Positions 49,162 to 62,769 of a stretch of 64,000 bases of DNA are shown here, piece by piece. A program made the position numbers and the translations under genes. The notes under the pieces were generated by a model, which saw only the letters and a list, made by a program, of their open reading frames with translations, had not been told where the DNA came from and did not search any database. The number at the start of each line of letters is the position of its first letter. Positions within the stretch are counted from its first letter, which is position 1. The stretch is from Raillietiella orientalis. Lineage: Eukaryota. The stretch lies in contig JAYWIR010000005.1 in the NCBI GenBank assembly GCA_036172245.1, forward strand, positions 5,208,001 to 5,272,000. Reading direction: 5' to 3'.

Positions 49162-52100
49162 CTAAGAAGGCAATTTGGGCAATCCAAACTCATCCACAAG
49201 GATTCCATCCTGCAAAAGCTCATTAAGAAATAAAGAGCATCAAATTTGTCAACCTTAGCAGTTGTTTTTACATCAGTGCCAGGATCACGATCAGGAGCAT
49301 TAGGGGCACGCACTGCCTCATCCAAGTATGTGGTATCTTCATCAGCACCAATTTCATCTCCCAAAGCATCTAATTCCGCTTCCAATTCAGATTCATCAAT
49401 ATCAGGCACGCCATACTGGCGTCCCAAAGCTTCTTGTATTTCACCAGAGTCTTGCAAAAGGTCAGACAGGTCATCTTGAAGATCCTGTCCCACTGAATTT
49501 TCAACTGAATCATTATGCAACTTACTTCGATTTGATCAATATTGATGTTTTTGAATTCTTTTTGCATTGCTTTTACACCTTGGCGCATAGCATGCACAGT
49601 AGACTGTGTATCTTTCAGAGTTTGATGGGCAAACTGGGTCTGCTCCATGTTAAAACTCTGCTGTCTTAAGCTCTCTAGCTGTTGTTCATACCTGATCAAA
49701 CACCAAAATTCTTGTAATTCAGATAAGAATAGCGTGATAGGTTAACTACAAAGAGATAAGTGATCAGTGCAATGTGATAGTTGGCAGTTATGTCACTAGG
49801 GATCTTTTGCTGAGGTTTGGCTTTGTTGCATGAAATGCATCTGAGTTACCAAGCCTAAATGTCATTTAGAGACACAAAACAATGTGATAGTTCTAGAATA
49901 AAGTCACTAGGAAATCAACTGTTATAATAAAACCAAAGTGATCAATGGAAAATAAATGATCAGCACTTATAAGACAATGCTACATCCAAAGATGCAATAT
50001 GTAGATACATTATAATGCTGCACCTACAGATTAAGCATTTAAAGAACACAGTGCAGTTAGTAGCTACTTGTGAATACTCTCTTTGAATACAGGTCCTCAA
50101 TGAAACTCACTACAGTGCAATGCACAAAAATCTCCAGGTTTAATTAGTATTTTAAAAACATTGTTGAGATTTTCTATCACTTAATATTTGAGAACACTAT
50201 ATAACTGTCATAAATTGGCACTCACAAATGATTAACCACGTCCTTGCTTTTCCAATAAAGGTAAGAATACAATTGATCATCCATGACTGTCAAAAACAAT
50301 GGTCTGTACGTGCAAAAATAGAATACAGATTTCACTGATTAGCTTTGGTGCATAAAAGACAGCAGTGGGAAAGGTACACAAAAAATACAAAGACATGATA
50401 ACAAACTGCAAGATTAGGTTAGACTAAATAGGTTAAACTTCTTTATAGCAAGACATGCTTCACTTTGAGAATGCAGTATGTACTAACAATCTTCAATCAC
50501 ACTAATTGAGTCAACACTGATAACCATAAGCAAGGCAAAAATTCATTGGCTGTCAAATGCACATGAAAGCCAAGGCTGCCTCCCTTATCCTACTTGAGTT
50601 TGGTTCCAATTCTTTTCTTTTAATATTCTTAGTTGCAACACTACCATCAATATCACTATGACTTTTTCCTTTCTCTCTTTTAAATGTATGTGCTGGATAC
50701 AAGAATCATTTCTACACTCCCAGCCTGTTCAACACTTGCTTTCAAACTACTCTGATAGATTTTCGTGTATTACATTTTCAAATCTCAAAATCATGAAGTT
50801 TGAGTAGTCAGTAGCATTCAAGCTTCTACCTCATGGTTGTCCATCTATTCAGTTAAACAGTGATATCTGTTCCACTCATAGGATGTTTTTTTTCTTGAAA
50901 GATTATCAATGTATTACACAAGAAAAATTTCAACTTTTACATGGAAACAAAGTTAAAAATTAAAATAAGTGGAAGCATACCAATCAACAAGGAGTGGAAG
51001 TTGATGAATAGAGAAGCATTTGAATGTTGAGAATACAAAAAAAAAAAAATAGAAACATAATAAATATACAATATATAACATAAAAATTACGAACCACCTA
51101 ATCCAATGATAGTTTTGAAAAGAAGCAAAAAGTCACCAACACCCACAACAGAATAGTAAATGATCCAGGGATATCATAAAGTACCCAATGGGAGAGAAAT
51201 AATACCCTTGTTTTAAAATAAACAAAATACTTCCTACTTAAATGCAATGCAAACTCTACAAGGCTGAATTAGCATAAAAACCACCAACAGCATTAGGAAT
51301 TAACTTCCATGAAACAGAAGGCAAAAAACCAATGATTATAATTTATGAAAAAACATATATTGGATACACACAGTGAAACCCAGATACCTGGAAAATTAAA
51401 CAAAAAATCTGGACTGTAATACTAATGTGAAAATATGATGTACCCTGATACAAGATGGCTAAGTTATTTAATAACTTAATGAAGAAAAAATAAAACAAAA
51501 TGATTTCGTGCAGAGCAAATTTCACTAGACACTTACTTAGACATCGATACTTAATTCAATTTATATTACAGCATGGAATTCTAGGAGAGTTTCCATAAAA
51601 GCACTTCTAAAACTTCGGCAAGCACTAGAATTTCATGGGTCGATATATAAAAGATACCCTAAACGTGAAACAATTTCTAAAAAGTGCAAGCAATTTCTAA
51701 AATTTGTGTACTTGAAAACAAAACTTGAATGCTCTTGGTCAGCATGTAACTAAGGTGCACAAACAATAATTTCGCAGCACAATAAAACGCAGCTCAAGAA
51801 TAAAAAAAAAAAAAATACAACAAAAACACAATTAATTAAAGAAATGATGCTTACATTTTCTTCTGCTTTAATATTCGCACGGCCTTTTGTTTAATGGTTG
51901 TTTTTGATGGTCCTTCTCGCATCTTTGTCATCTGATCTCTCAACTTTTTTAAATCTCCATCCAACAAATTGATTTTTTTTTCAATTGTCTCCGCACGAGT
52001 ATCAACCTAAATAAAATACTTCCATAGATCTATGGTGTGCTTCCAACAGTGTACTTTGAATTCACTATCACACAAAGTAAAGTTGTCCTCACAAATCCGA

Positions 52101-52331
52101 CAATTTCGTCATAATAAAAAAATAAATAATGACAGAATTTACTTCTCTTCTGAGCAATCATATATGAAAAATGGCAATGATCGCTCGATTAGATATTTAC
52201 ACTTATTTTCGATAGAACACATTCAAGCTGATCAAAGTTCTTAAGCACTTTAAAATTATTACCGTGCTTATACAATCTTCCAAAGTTGCAGGTGCCTCTT
52301 TTGGTTTGCTCTTACCAAAAATTCTATTCAT
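49162..52331 (-). CDS. CHMP5: Charged multivesicular body protein 5 (Vps60, ESCRT-III associated), 221 aa. Exons 52331-52263, 52006-51855, 49691-49526, 49484-49254, 49209-49162.
   Basis: '[14 protein letters not shown]', '[32 protein letters not shown]', 'IDQIEDLQDDL', '[12 protein letters not shown]', '[11 protein letters not shown]'. 666 nt in frame with canonical splice sites. Confidence 0.97.
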
Positions 52332-55300
52332 TCTGTTTCACATTAGATAACGCACATGTATATGCTTAGTTTGAACTGTAACATCATATTCTAAAACTCT
52401 GCAAAACGTTCACAATACACTACACAAAGACATGACATTGCAGTTACTTCCTAAACAAACACAATCGATGACGCAATTTTCCAAAATCTCAGAAGTGTAT
52501 CATTATGCAGAATCTGTGACTCCATGACTTTATGTGTAACATTTCTCAAAATCATGAATGCGCTGCTATTAAAGAATTTCCTCCCATTTCCACCCCCAAA
52601 ACACAATAAAAATCACGTGAATTTCAATTCTTTTTTTATTCTATATATGGAAGTTAATTAGAAGGGTAAATTACTTCTTTATAATGCTATTGTCAGGACC
52701 ATTTTAAACATTAACCTAGTAACTTCGAAGCCTCATGTATTGATTAGTCACTAAATAATTAGTAGTTTTAAAGGAATAATTGAAAGAGTGCATTTTTCTG
52801 AATAATTTTTTTCCCTTTTAAACAGCCACATAATCTATTGATTGCATACCCAACTTGTATCGTCCTTACGACAAAATAAACAGTGGTTTACTCCCTATCC
52901 TACAAAATATGGAAAAAAAGGGTTTATCTCAAGAGTCATTATATACTGGACTCTTAAATGTGGAGTACAAATATTTTCGGCATGGACCTATTGAATCCAA
53001 ATTTCACAAACCTACCACTAAACTAAGGCCAATTAAAGACTGCTTTTTTTTTTTTTTTTTTGCTAGTGAACTTTGCAAACGTCTTCAGATCTTGAAAAAC
53101 TCCATTTTGGAAGTAGTTCAGGAATCAAAAAGTATATTTCCAAGCAAGAGTTTTCATAGCCTTGCTGAATTTCGAAACTAGATCTTGCATTCTGTACACA
53201 AGATGCAGATTCACATGTGTATGTATAACTAATTTGCACCTGTGTTTATATGTCTAGAGAAACATTTACTATAACATGTATCTACTGGTAGAAAATTGCA
53301 TTTAGTGGGATAGTTGTGTGCTTAAAAGTCGAAGAACGCAATGGCTGATGACTTGCATGGAATTAAGTCAATAGCGTCCATGGAATGGATGATTATCTCG
53401 CCTTATTGCTATAATATTCTATAGCTTTCGATTACATACGAAATAAAACTTCATTTTTCTCATTTCACTTCTCACTTTTTGACTTTTCCTTTCTCTTTTA
53501 AATTGATAGATGACTGATCTGCAAATGCATTTCTGAGATCCGACGGAATACGCAGTGGGAGTTTGTTTGTTCTGAAAATATTGAAATAAAGAAAAAGAAA
53601 AATTCATAGCAAAATAATTATCAATTACCAGTCAATAAGACAAATGAAATGAAAACCAAAAATCTTGATGCACACCTACTGCATTCTTTCAACACTTCGA
53701 CTTGTGATGAGGACAGTTTTAAGAGAGCATTGTGCAAAAAGTTCAGAATACATATATTTTGTGCTCCACTATCTCTCAGCATGATCTGCTTCGAAGTACT
53801 AAGGGGCTATGAAGGCTTTTCCAACTCTTTACTCTTTCTCTTTTTAGCATAAAAGTTTGTCCTGCTGGCCTCGATAGATAGTTTCACTTGAAATTATTAC
53901 ACAGATGTAAATGCGATAATTCACGATCAACAGAGAAAACTTTGCTTACCCTGACGATGGAGAGAAAACATAATGATCGAAACAGAAAAAGCATTTAGAA
54001 ATGATATATAAGAGGTGCAACACTTCCATACTGTTTGTTAACATGGTTCGTTATTAAACCTCATGGAAAGGCATGAGCTTTTTTCGTCCAAACATAAATG
54101 CTCAAAAACCTCCAAAGAAGTTTTGCTTTTGCTTCTCTGGTAGTCTCCAATGTTCCAGGAAGTAATGTTTCTGTTTTCCAGCCACCTGCATTCTTAGGAG
54201 ACTGCCTGCTTCCTATGCAATTTTGAAATGTTACAATTCAAGATTTCAACTACAGCGCCAAGTCTTCTCACTTAGCTTACGTGCGTCCATATTTTTCAAT
54301 GGTGCTTGCTGCAATCAAGTTACAGTAAGATGACACGAAATACAGTCACTGCAGATAACGATAAAGAAAAGAAAGCTTTTAAAATTAACGAGTCAATTGA
54401 TCTTTCTGGTTTCAAGAAGATATTGCGTATCTGTTTTTCAACAGAACATCCTTGCTTAAGCAACTGTTCTTGTATGGAATTTGGAAACTTTATCCAGAGC
54501 TACGTGTTACGATTGAGTATAAACGTGATGATCCCTTAGTATTGAAACTTCAGAGAACTTTTTTCTGTTTCATACTCGAGAAAGGTCTGGAGGGGTAGAG
54601 GGGGCAATGTATACTTACAAAATAAAAAGCTTCTCGAAAACATCATTAATTAGCGATAAACTGTTTCTGAAAAACAGTGTTTATATATAGATAGGAAAGG
54701 GGAATTTCAGATAGAAGAACGCCTTAGACTGGCATCGGAAGTCGTACTGAGTTTCAAGTGAAATGAATCTATGGCAAACACATCGTAAACTCTCCTAAAA
54801 GGAACGAAACTCCCTGAGCTATGAAACAAATAGAAAATCTTATTCACGTATTAAAATTACATCTGGAAATTACTAAAATTATTGACTGTAATTTAAAACC
54901 AAAGGTCATTTCGAATTCGGAAAATATTTTCGAATTTTGTGCATTTTGATTTTCGGTCTTAAACCACATAAATAGTGCAACTTGGTGCACATAATGAAAA
55001 CTTTTATCCTTTTCGAGTGAACAAAAGCTGCTGTGGTCATTTTCCCCTATATTTTCATATTTTCACTTATTGGATTTCTAGAAATTCATGTCTGCACTGA
55101 CAATGAGTTTATCAAGAATCCAGGGTAAATTATAATTATTCGATTATTCGGTATTACGATTCAAGGGTACTATAATGGGATTACAATGTGGAAAAACGAA
55201 GCGGGCAGTGGATACTAATAGGTTGGGTTTAAAACAGACATGGATATTTGAGGAAGGAAAATGTGCTATACATGAGCTATGAAATCATACGTAAGTATGA

Positions 55301-56209
55301 AACAAAGCAATGTCGGTTTCCATGTCTTCATGAATCCTTTATCCGAAGCCTGAGAATGAATTGCTAGACAAGAATCCAGGAACGTATTTTCCTGATCCCG
55401 TAAGATAGCTTTAAATGACAAAACGAGAATATTTCTTCCTGGAATTTGTGATGGAAAAAAAGACAAAGAGAAAAAAAAAGCAAAAGCTACATCAAACACT
55501 GAAACTCTAATGTGAAGCAACATCATTCACTGTCATAGTACTTAAATTCGTGGAACTTGAAAAATGCGCTCCACTTTAGAAGGTATCATACATGTGTATC
55601 ATGGGTATTACTTGTCAAAGTTGTAATAGGGATTCTCGAGAGACAAAAAAAGAATCAAAAAAAGAACATAGCCGTAACAAATCAGTGGTGCTTCACCGTA
55701 AATCCCAAAATAACTAATTGAATTTGAACTTATTTTTAAGCTCACACAGCCCCAATTAGGAGCTGCCATGTTTCTTACTTTTAATATGTGGCGTAGATAC
55801 AGACACGATTATCACTCACATATGTATATGGTTGCATATGCATATGCTTATGTCGTGTTTCATTGCCTTCTCGAAAGTAATCGGCACAGTCCAAATGAAT
55901 TGTTTGAGTAATATCAAATGAGAGACTTTGCCAGAGGGCCATTTTTTTTCAGTCCATTTTGTGACCATAAAATAGACGGAAGCTACTGCGTGCACGGATG
56001 TGTGACGGTCCTGAGTGAACACAAATTGAAAGTCAAAGTGTAGATGGAACTTACAGTATGGTGCTGCAGTAAGTTTGTACATGAAGAGGAGTGCATCACA
56101 AAACCTCCTTCAATTTCAATTCTTCCTGAATATCAAGTTTAAATCTGTGGATATCTGAAAGCTCGTCCAGTATACATTCCAAATGAAGCTATGTTCCAAA
56201 TAGTTTTAA

Positions 56210-59200
56210 ATGATGTTTCGAAATATATTTCTACGTTATATTACGTTCATTGTATGCCTGTGGTGTTTGGGAATAATTGTTTTCTTATCTCTCCAGCCAC
56301 ATATAAGACTTAAGCACCATGAGGTTGGTAAAAAAAAAGAAAAGAACAGTTAGCTAATTCATTTACTCTGATTTGACTGTACAAGTAGCTTTGGACATAC
56401 TTTCATGTTTGTATGTTTTTATGATTTTAAATGCCGCATACAAATATTGTATGTTTTTTTATTTGTAGAATATGACAGAAAATGAAGAATGCATAGGAAA
56501 TGTTAGATGTGATTTTCAATATCAGCAGTAAGCTGTGCCATTCTATTTTTGGATAGTGCTATCTTAAATGAATGTGTCCTACAATCGTTTATTATATACA
56601 ATGGAACATGCAATCTCACTAGTAGAGTGTCGCTCTGATCATAGTAGTGGTTTCTCTGCTCTTATGAATGTGCTCTATGAATTGATTATCAGTATCAGCA
56701 AACTCATTGAAGTTTAGTGTCAGCACTCATTGAAGTTCCAAGTTTCTTTTTTATTTGTGGAAGTTTGCAAGTAAATATATATTCTTGATGGTTTATAATG
56801 CAGGTTTTTCATACTGCATGAGTAATAAAGTTGATTAGAATCAGAGTTTGGTGTCCTCACATCCAGTATAAGTTGGTAGAATAAGTATTTTGTTTTTTAA
56901 GAGAAGTGAGATGAAGAGTTGCATTGGTCAAGGCATCAACAAATCAGTACGTTTTGTCATCATTAAATATCGTTCAAAATTTCTGTTATGAAGATAGTTG
57001 TTGAGGTCTTCCTATTTGTCTTCATAATGGTGTATGATGATAATCACCCTCTTAAAAATGCCATTTATATCCGCACCTTTACTGTTTAAATTAGTTTGTG
57101 AAAAGTGGCATAGATATTTAAATGTAAAATTTTTATATTCATTCAGCATTTAACAGAATAAATGTTTTCATAAACCTATTTATTGGATTTTAAGGAGTTG
57201 TAGTTGTTGAATACTTTTTACTAAGCTTGAGTAGAGGGAAGTTGTAATTCACTATTAGTTTGCTTCATATGGCAACTTGGTAACCTCATTAAAGATCAAG
57301 ATTCGATTTTTAGCTAATCATGTAGATGAATCAGATTGGATTGGTAGTAATAAGAATAGGTTAGTAAATCAGCATGGTAGAAATTGTTATGGATTCATTC
57401 AAGTGGATTTTCAAAAGGCTCTGGTGATAGTTGGGTTTTGTGCAAACTTGTCACTTTGCAGAATCCAGGTAAAAGTGATAATAGATCTAATAATGAAGAG
57501 TTCTTATGTGCATCAGTCATTAGGGTGCTCTATGAATTGTACAAGCAGATTGAGGGGTCCAGTAAGTTCAGATTTAACCTGAACATTTCACTTGAGAACT
57601 TACCATATGGATTTTTTTAAATTTTGTAGCCAAAAATTGAAATATGAAGAATATGCAGGGGGATGGTTTCTAATGTGAGTTTGTCTCTGCAAAGTAGTGG
57701 GAAGTGGCTTTTGAGTGTTGAGCAGTACTTGCCATTTGGCTGTCAAAATCTTGAATGAAGACACACTGCATTCTGGAGAGATAAGTTGAGATTTGTTGTA
57801 ACTGTAATGAGCTTTATTAAAGGATTCAGAAGAAATGGGTAATTAGTCTTGGACTTTTGTATGGGTTCTATGAGTTTATGAGCTAATATCACAACAGTAG
57901 CTAAAAGCTGGAAATTTCATAAAAAGCATGATAGCATTACTATGCTATTTATATTTCCTAATAATGGGCATATTGTTTGTTCACTTACAGCAAATTAAAA
58001 GTATAGATTTAAATTAATTTTTATGTACTTTTTGTCACTTTTGCTAAATTTTATGGGAGTAATGCCATCTGTTTAATTTGATTTAAGTATTTGGTTGAAA
58101 TGCATTTAAGAGTTCTTGAAAAGCTTTGCAAAGTTCCATAAAGATTTCCCTAATTTTGTTCTTGTTGAGGATTATTATGTATTGCTTTTATAAAGCAGTT
58201 GGTTCCTCATGATGTAAAATGCATGCTATCATGTAGTATATGATACTTTTGTATTATTAAATGTGATTCCTTAAAAAAGAAATATCTTGTCTTTGATTTG
58301 GAAATTTATTTTTCCCAATTGTAAGTTCAAGACTAGTTTTAATTTTAATAATTGATTGTGTTCAGCATGTTAGTGAGAGTTTTGTTTCTTTTCAGTTCAA
58401 GATTATTGTCTAAAAACACAACTATTCATGGCTGTCAGATTATTATTTTTTTTTACTGTTTGCCTACGTAGTTTTCTTATATGCAGTGCATATACATAGT
58501 ACTTTTCAGCACTCTGTGCTTGCCTAGGAACTCAAATTCATTGAACTCATATATTTGTGTTCATAAGTTTCGGAATTCGAGTTCTGAATTCGTGTTTCCA
58601 AAAGCGAAAAATTGCGTGTTTCATAAAATAGTTTAAGATATTTTTAGAGGATAATGATTTAATCATCTTAATTTGACTTGCTAATCGTAATTTTTTTCAA
58701 GGAAAAGATGAAACTGAAGATTGCAGATCTTCAAGCTAAAGTACAGTCTGAAATATCTGCTGCAAATCATGTTGCTGAGCAAATACGTGATTTAAAAAAA
58801 AATGGTAAATTGGTATTTGCACTTAAACAGAAATTTGGGTTTCCACAAATATGAGAAAATGTTGGATGTTTAGATAATAAGTTACTGAAATCTCTTAATG
58901 TAATTTCACTAGTTTCATAAAGTAGAGTTGGAAATTCAAGTTTACCAATAAAATTTCCTATTTAAAGAATATCTAGAGAGTTTTGTGTGTTTATAATGAT
59001 AAACAGTGATGGATGAGTTTTTTAAATTTTATCATTTTAGTTGCTAGTCATATCAATACACAAGATTCTGTGATTGCGGTTCTGCTAATAGCTTGTAACA
59101 GAGTGAGTGTAAGGCGAACATTGGATAGTTTGCTGAAATATAGACCATCAGCAGATACTTTTCCAATCATTGTGAGCCAAGATTGCAATCACCTCCCCAC

Positions 59201-61722
59201 CCAAACTGTTCTTCAGTCTTATGTTGATCAGCATGGTATAAAATTAATCCTGGTAAAGTTCATAAATTATTTCATGTGCTTGTTGTTTTATTAGGAAAAC
59301 ATGAAATTAACGAGCTGTAAATTTGCATATTGCATGCTACTTGCATTTGGTATTTTTATAAACTTAGAATATTGTTCTTATTGGTCTCTGTGAAGTCAAT
59401 GTAAAATATTATGATATTATTCAGCTTAATTTTACATGTAGTATCAGATTTCTTTGGAAGATTATAGATCAGTATCAGATGTTTTCCAGTGTATTAAATC
59501 AACCCCCTATATTAAGATGCATTTGTATTTTTTGAGGTATTAATATTTTAGAGTTAAGTTTACTGTTCATCTTGATACAGTTGGTATCAGTAATTAAGCA
59601 ACATGAAGGGCATGTTAAATTTATTCTGAAAAAAGTATATTCAGCTTTACTGTAAACTTATGTAGCATATTTTTATGGACAGTGTTTGACCAATTGCATT
59701 TAATTGTCTCTATCGTATAATGCATTGTTTTAATACAATCACAAAAATTTTCTACATTTCTGTATCTTTATGTGCTATTATTTGGCTGACAACAGTATGT
59801 TGTATACAATTGAAATCTTAGATTTATTTATAGCTTTAGAATTATATGCGTACATTGTATGCATGTCAGCAATTTATTTTTGTTTTCTTTAGTTGCTCTT
59901 GGTGTCGTTGTCATTTATAGTTTCTGTAATGGTTGGTTTTTGAAAGGATTCAGGCATGTTTTTCATACAAATGATGTTTGAAAAACGTGAAATCATTAAA
60001 TGAACAGACCTCTGCTCAACTATACTTCAATAGTTATGAGCAGTAGCTCAGCTTATAGTTTCACAGGATACCTAGTAACATAAAAAAGTGGTTTTGGAGC
60101 TGGATTTGATATATTCCATGAGCATAGTGGCAAACAAACCTTTCTTAAATTCATGTAATATGATTAATTTTACTCTTTTGTTTTTGAGTTGTAATATTGA
60201 TTGCAGTAACTTAGTGAATTTACGCTCTCTGAGTGCTTTTCAATTAATTTGTTTCTTGTTACATTATTTATCTTTATAGAAACGTTTATAATTTTGTTGT
60301 GTAAATGATTAATAATTAATAGAGCACATGTACTATTTTATCTTTATTTAAAGTAAATACATTTTCACCTTTGTACTTACTCTTTCATATATTCCTTAAT
60401 CCTCCTGATCACAATTTGGATGCACTTATCAAAAATTCAGATACGTATATATATTATCAAATGGATTTTTTATGAACTGATCTTCTCAGCATCCAAATCA
60501 ATCTCCTATCCATGTTAAAAGAGCTAGTTTTGCTGGCTATTATCGTATTGCAAGACATTATCAATGGGCTCTCAATCAAGTGTTCAACACAATGAATTAT
60601 GAAGCATGCATCATCTTTGAAGGTACCCTGAATATAAATATTTTTGTCTTAATTTGTTTTCCGTTTTTTTTTAAAAAATAACATTTCATTGTGGATTTTA
60701 GATGACCTGGACGTATCTTCTGATATCTTTGAATACTTTCTGGCCACATTGCCTCTTCTAAAGAAGGATCCAACATTGTGGTGTGTTTCTGCATGGAATG
60801 ATAACGGCAAACAGTGGCTGATAGATCCAAATTATCCTCAAAAACTCCATCGATCAGATTTTTTTTCTGGTTTAGGGTGGATGTTAACCAAAGAATTATG
60901 GGAGGAATTAGGGCCTAAGTGGCCTCCTGGGTAAGAATTCAAAAGCTGATTTTGAAACATATGTATTTAACATAGCTGTTGAATTTGTTTTAAAAAACGG
61001 AATTTTCATAATTATGTTTTTAAAGATTTTATTTGTAAAATTTGCGTTTTATAGTTTTTGGGATGACTGGATGCGAGAAGAGGCACAACGAAAAGGTCGA
61101 TCTTGTATTCGGCCAGAAGTGTCTCGTACCATTACCTTTGGTGAAAAAGGAATTAGTCGGTATGTAGTTTTCAATGGCATTTAATCTATGTAGGTATCAA
61201 AAAGAGGACAGTTTTATGAAACTCATCTGAAAAAAATCAAGCTAGAGCCAAGTTTTGTTTCATTCACTCAGCTTGATCTGAGTTATCTTCTCAAGGTACC
61301 TATTTATCTCTCTTCCTTTTGTATGGCTATCACATTTGTTAGGATCAGTTTGATGCAAATTTAAATAAGTCATTAGAAGCAAGCAAAGAAATTACAGCCT
61401 TGGATTTGATTTCAATAAAAAATAAAACTGAGGCTTCATCAAAGTCATATAAAATACTCTATGATGATAGGAACTCTTTTGTCGAGATTGCTAAAACCTT
61501 TCAGTTGATGGATGATTTCAAAGTGAGTACCTGTGAAAATATAATAATTCAATTTGATGAATGTATAAGTTGTTGAGAAATCATGCATAAACATGGCGAA
61601 AATTTTTCTCACAGGCTGGAGTTGCACGAACAGCATATTTAGGGATAGTGACATTTTTTTACAGAGGGTGTGTTGTTTATATAACTCCATCCAAGAAGTG
61701 GAAAGGGTACCTTTCAACATGA
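56210..61722 (+). CDS. MGAT1: Alpha-1,3-mannosyl-glycoprotein 2-beta-N-acetylglucosaminyltransferase (GnT-I, GT13), 424 aa. Exons 56210-56323, 58702-58804, 59041-59252, 60490-60622, 60702-60930, 61055-61159, 61205-61295, 61343-61522, 61615-61722.
   Basis: 'VLLIACNR', 'FPIIVSQDC', 'YYRIARHYQWAL', 'EDDL' (DxD), 'CVSAWNDNG', 'RSDFFSGLGW', 'FWDDWMR..CIRPEVSRT', 'DDFKAGVARTAY'. The first two exons (signal anchor and stem) are inferred from phase and hydrophobicity and are less certain. Confidence 0.93.
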
Positions 61723-62769
61723 CATTTTGAGAAACCCCATTCCGTGAATTCAGAAGATTTTACCTGATAAATATATTTTATTTTATGTTTCCTGTAATCT
61801 GATTTGCAGTCAAATTTCGACAACAAGGAATTACTCATCAAAGCAGTATGAGAATTTAGTACCTGCAATTTAAAAATAATTTTGTATTAGAAGGTGTAAT
61901 TTATAAAGTTCTCTACCAAAATTGCTTATTCATCAAAATTTATGCAATGTATTAACTGCAGAACACCTTAACTCCATTATATACCTTGTTTTTTTAAAAT
62001 CTACTACAATGAATTAATTTGGATTCTCGAAGCGTAAAAACAACTTTTAGAATTGATGAAAAATTTATCAGTTAATTCCATAGGGCGAAATTTCAAGGGA
62101 TATGTCAACACTGGTAAAGCTTTTGGTTTACCAGTGTTGGCACTGTTAGTAAGAGTGTTTACTGCATTGATTTTTCAAGTAATGTAGGTCTGTGGATCTT
62201 ACAGGATAAATAAGATTTGAATTAATCTATAGAATTGTATGCATGTAATGGTTCATGAATAGTGCTTGTGGGCAGCGTTTGCTTCCGAAATTTTTTTCAG
62301 GAGCATCCTTTATTCAGAATTAAATGGCTCATGATGGTTCATACAACCTCTTTTTTTAGTTGGAAAAGTTTTGCAGAGTGATTGTCTCCATTTCATAATA
62401 GCGTGATTTTAATTTCATAAGGATAACTTTTGATTTCATTGTACTCTAATAAAACGGTATAATCTTCCAATTTGTTTAAGGAGATGTAAGGGAACATTAA
62501 AATTAATAAAATGGATAAGTGCCTTTTCCATTTCCTTCCAACTAAGAGGGTATTGCACAGAATGGGAACGCAGTTGCGACTGTGCCTGTTACGGGGTCAG
62601 GAAAATGCTTTAATAAAAACATTGCATCATTTTTGCTGATCTCGATATGCTGTAAACCACTTGTTAAATTAGTGAATTTTAGAATAGTCCCAGTTGTAAA
62701 CAAAATTATTGCATGGAAAGAATGATCGGTGTTGAAGTTATAGTTTTATATTTAAATGTTTGCGTGTAG

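Noticed and set aside
53800..54050. Possible small minus-strand gene with a GTAAGC donor at ~53949
   Set aside because: All downstream frames stop within about 25 codons, and no homology was recognised.
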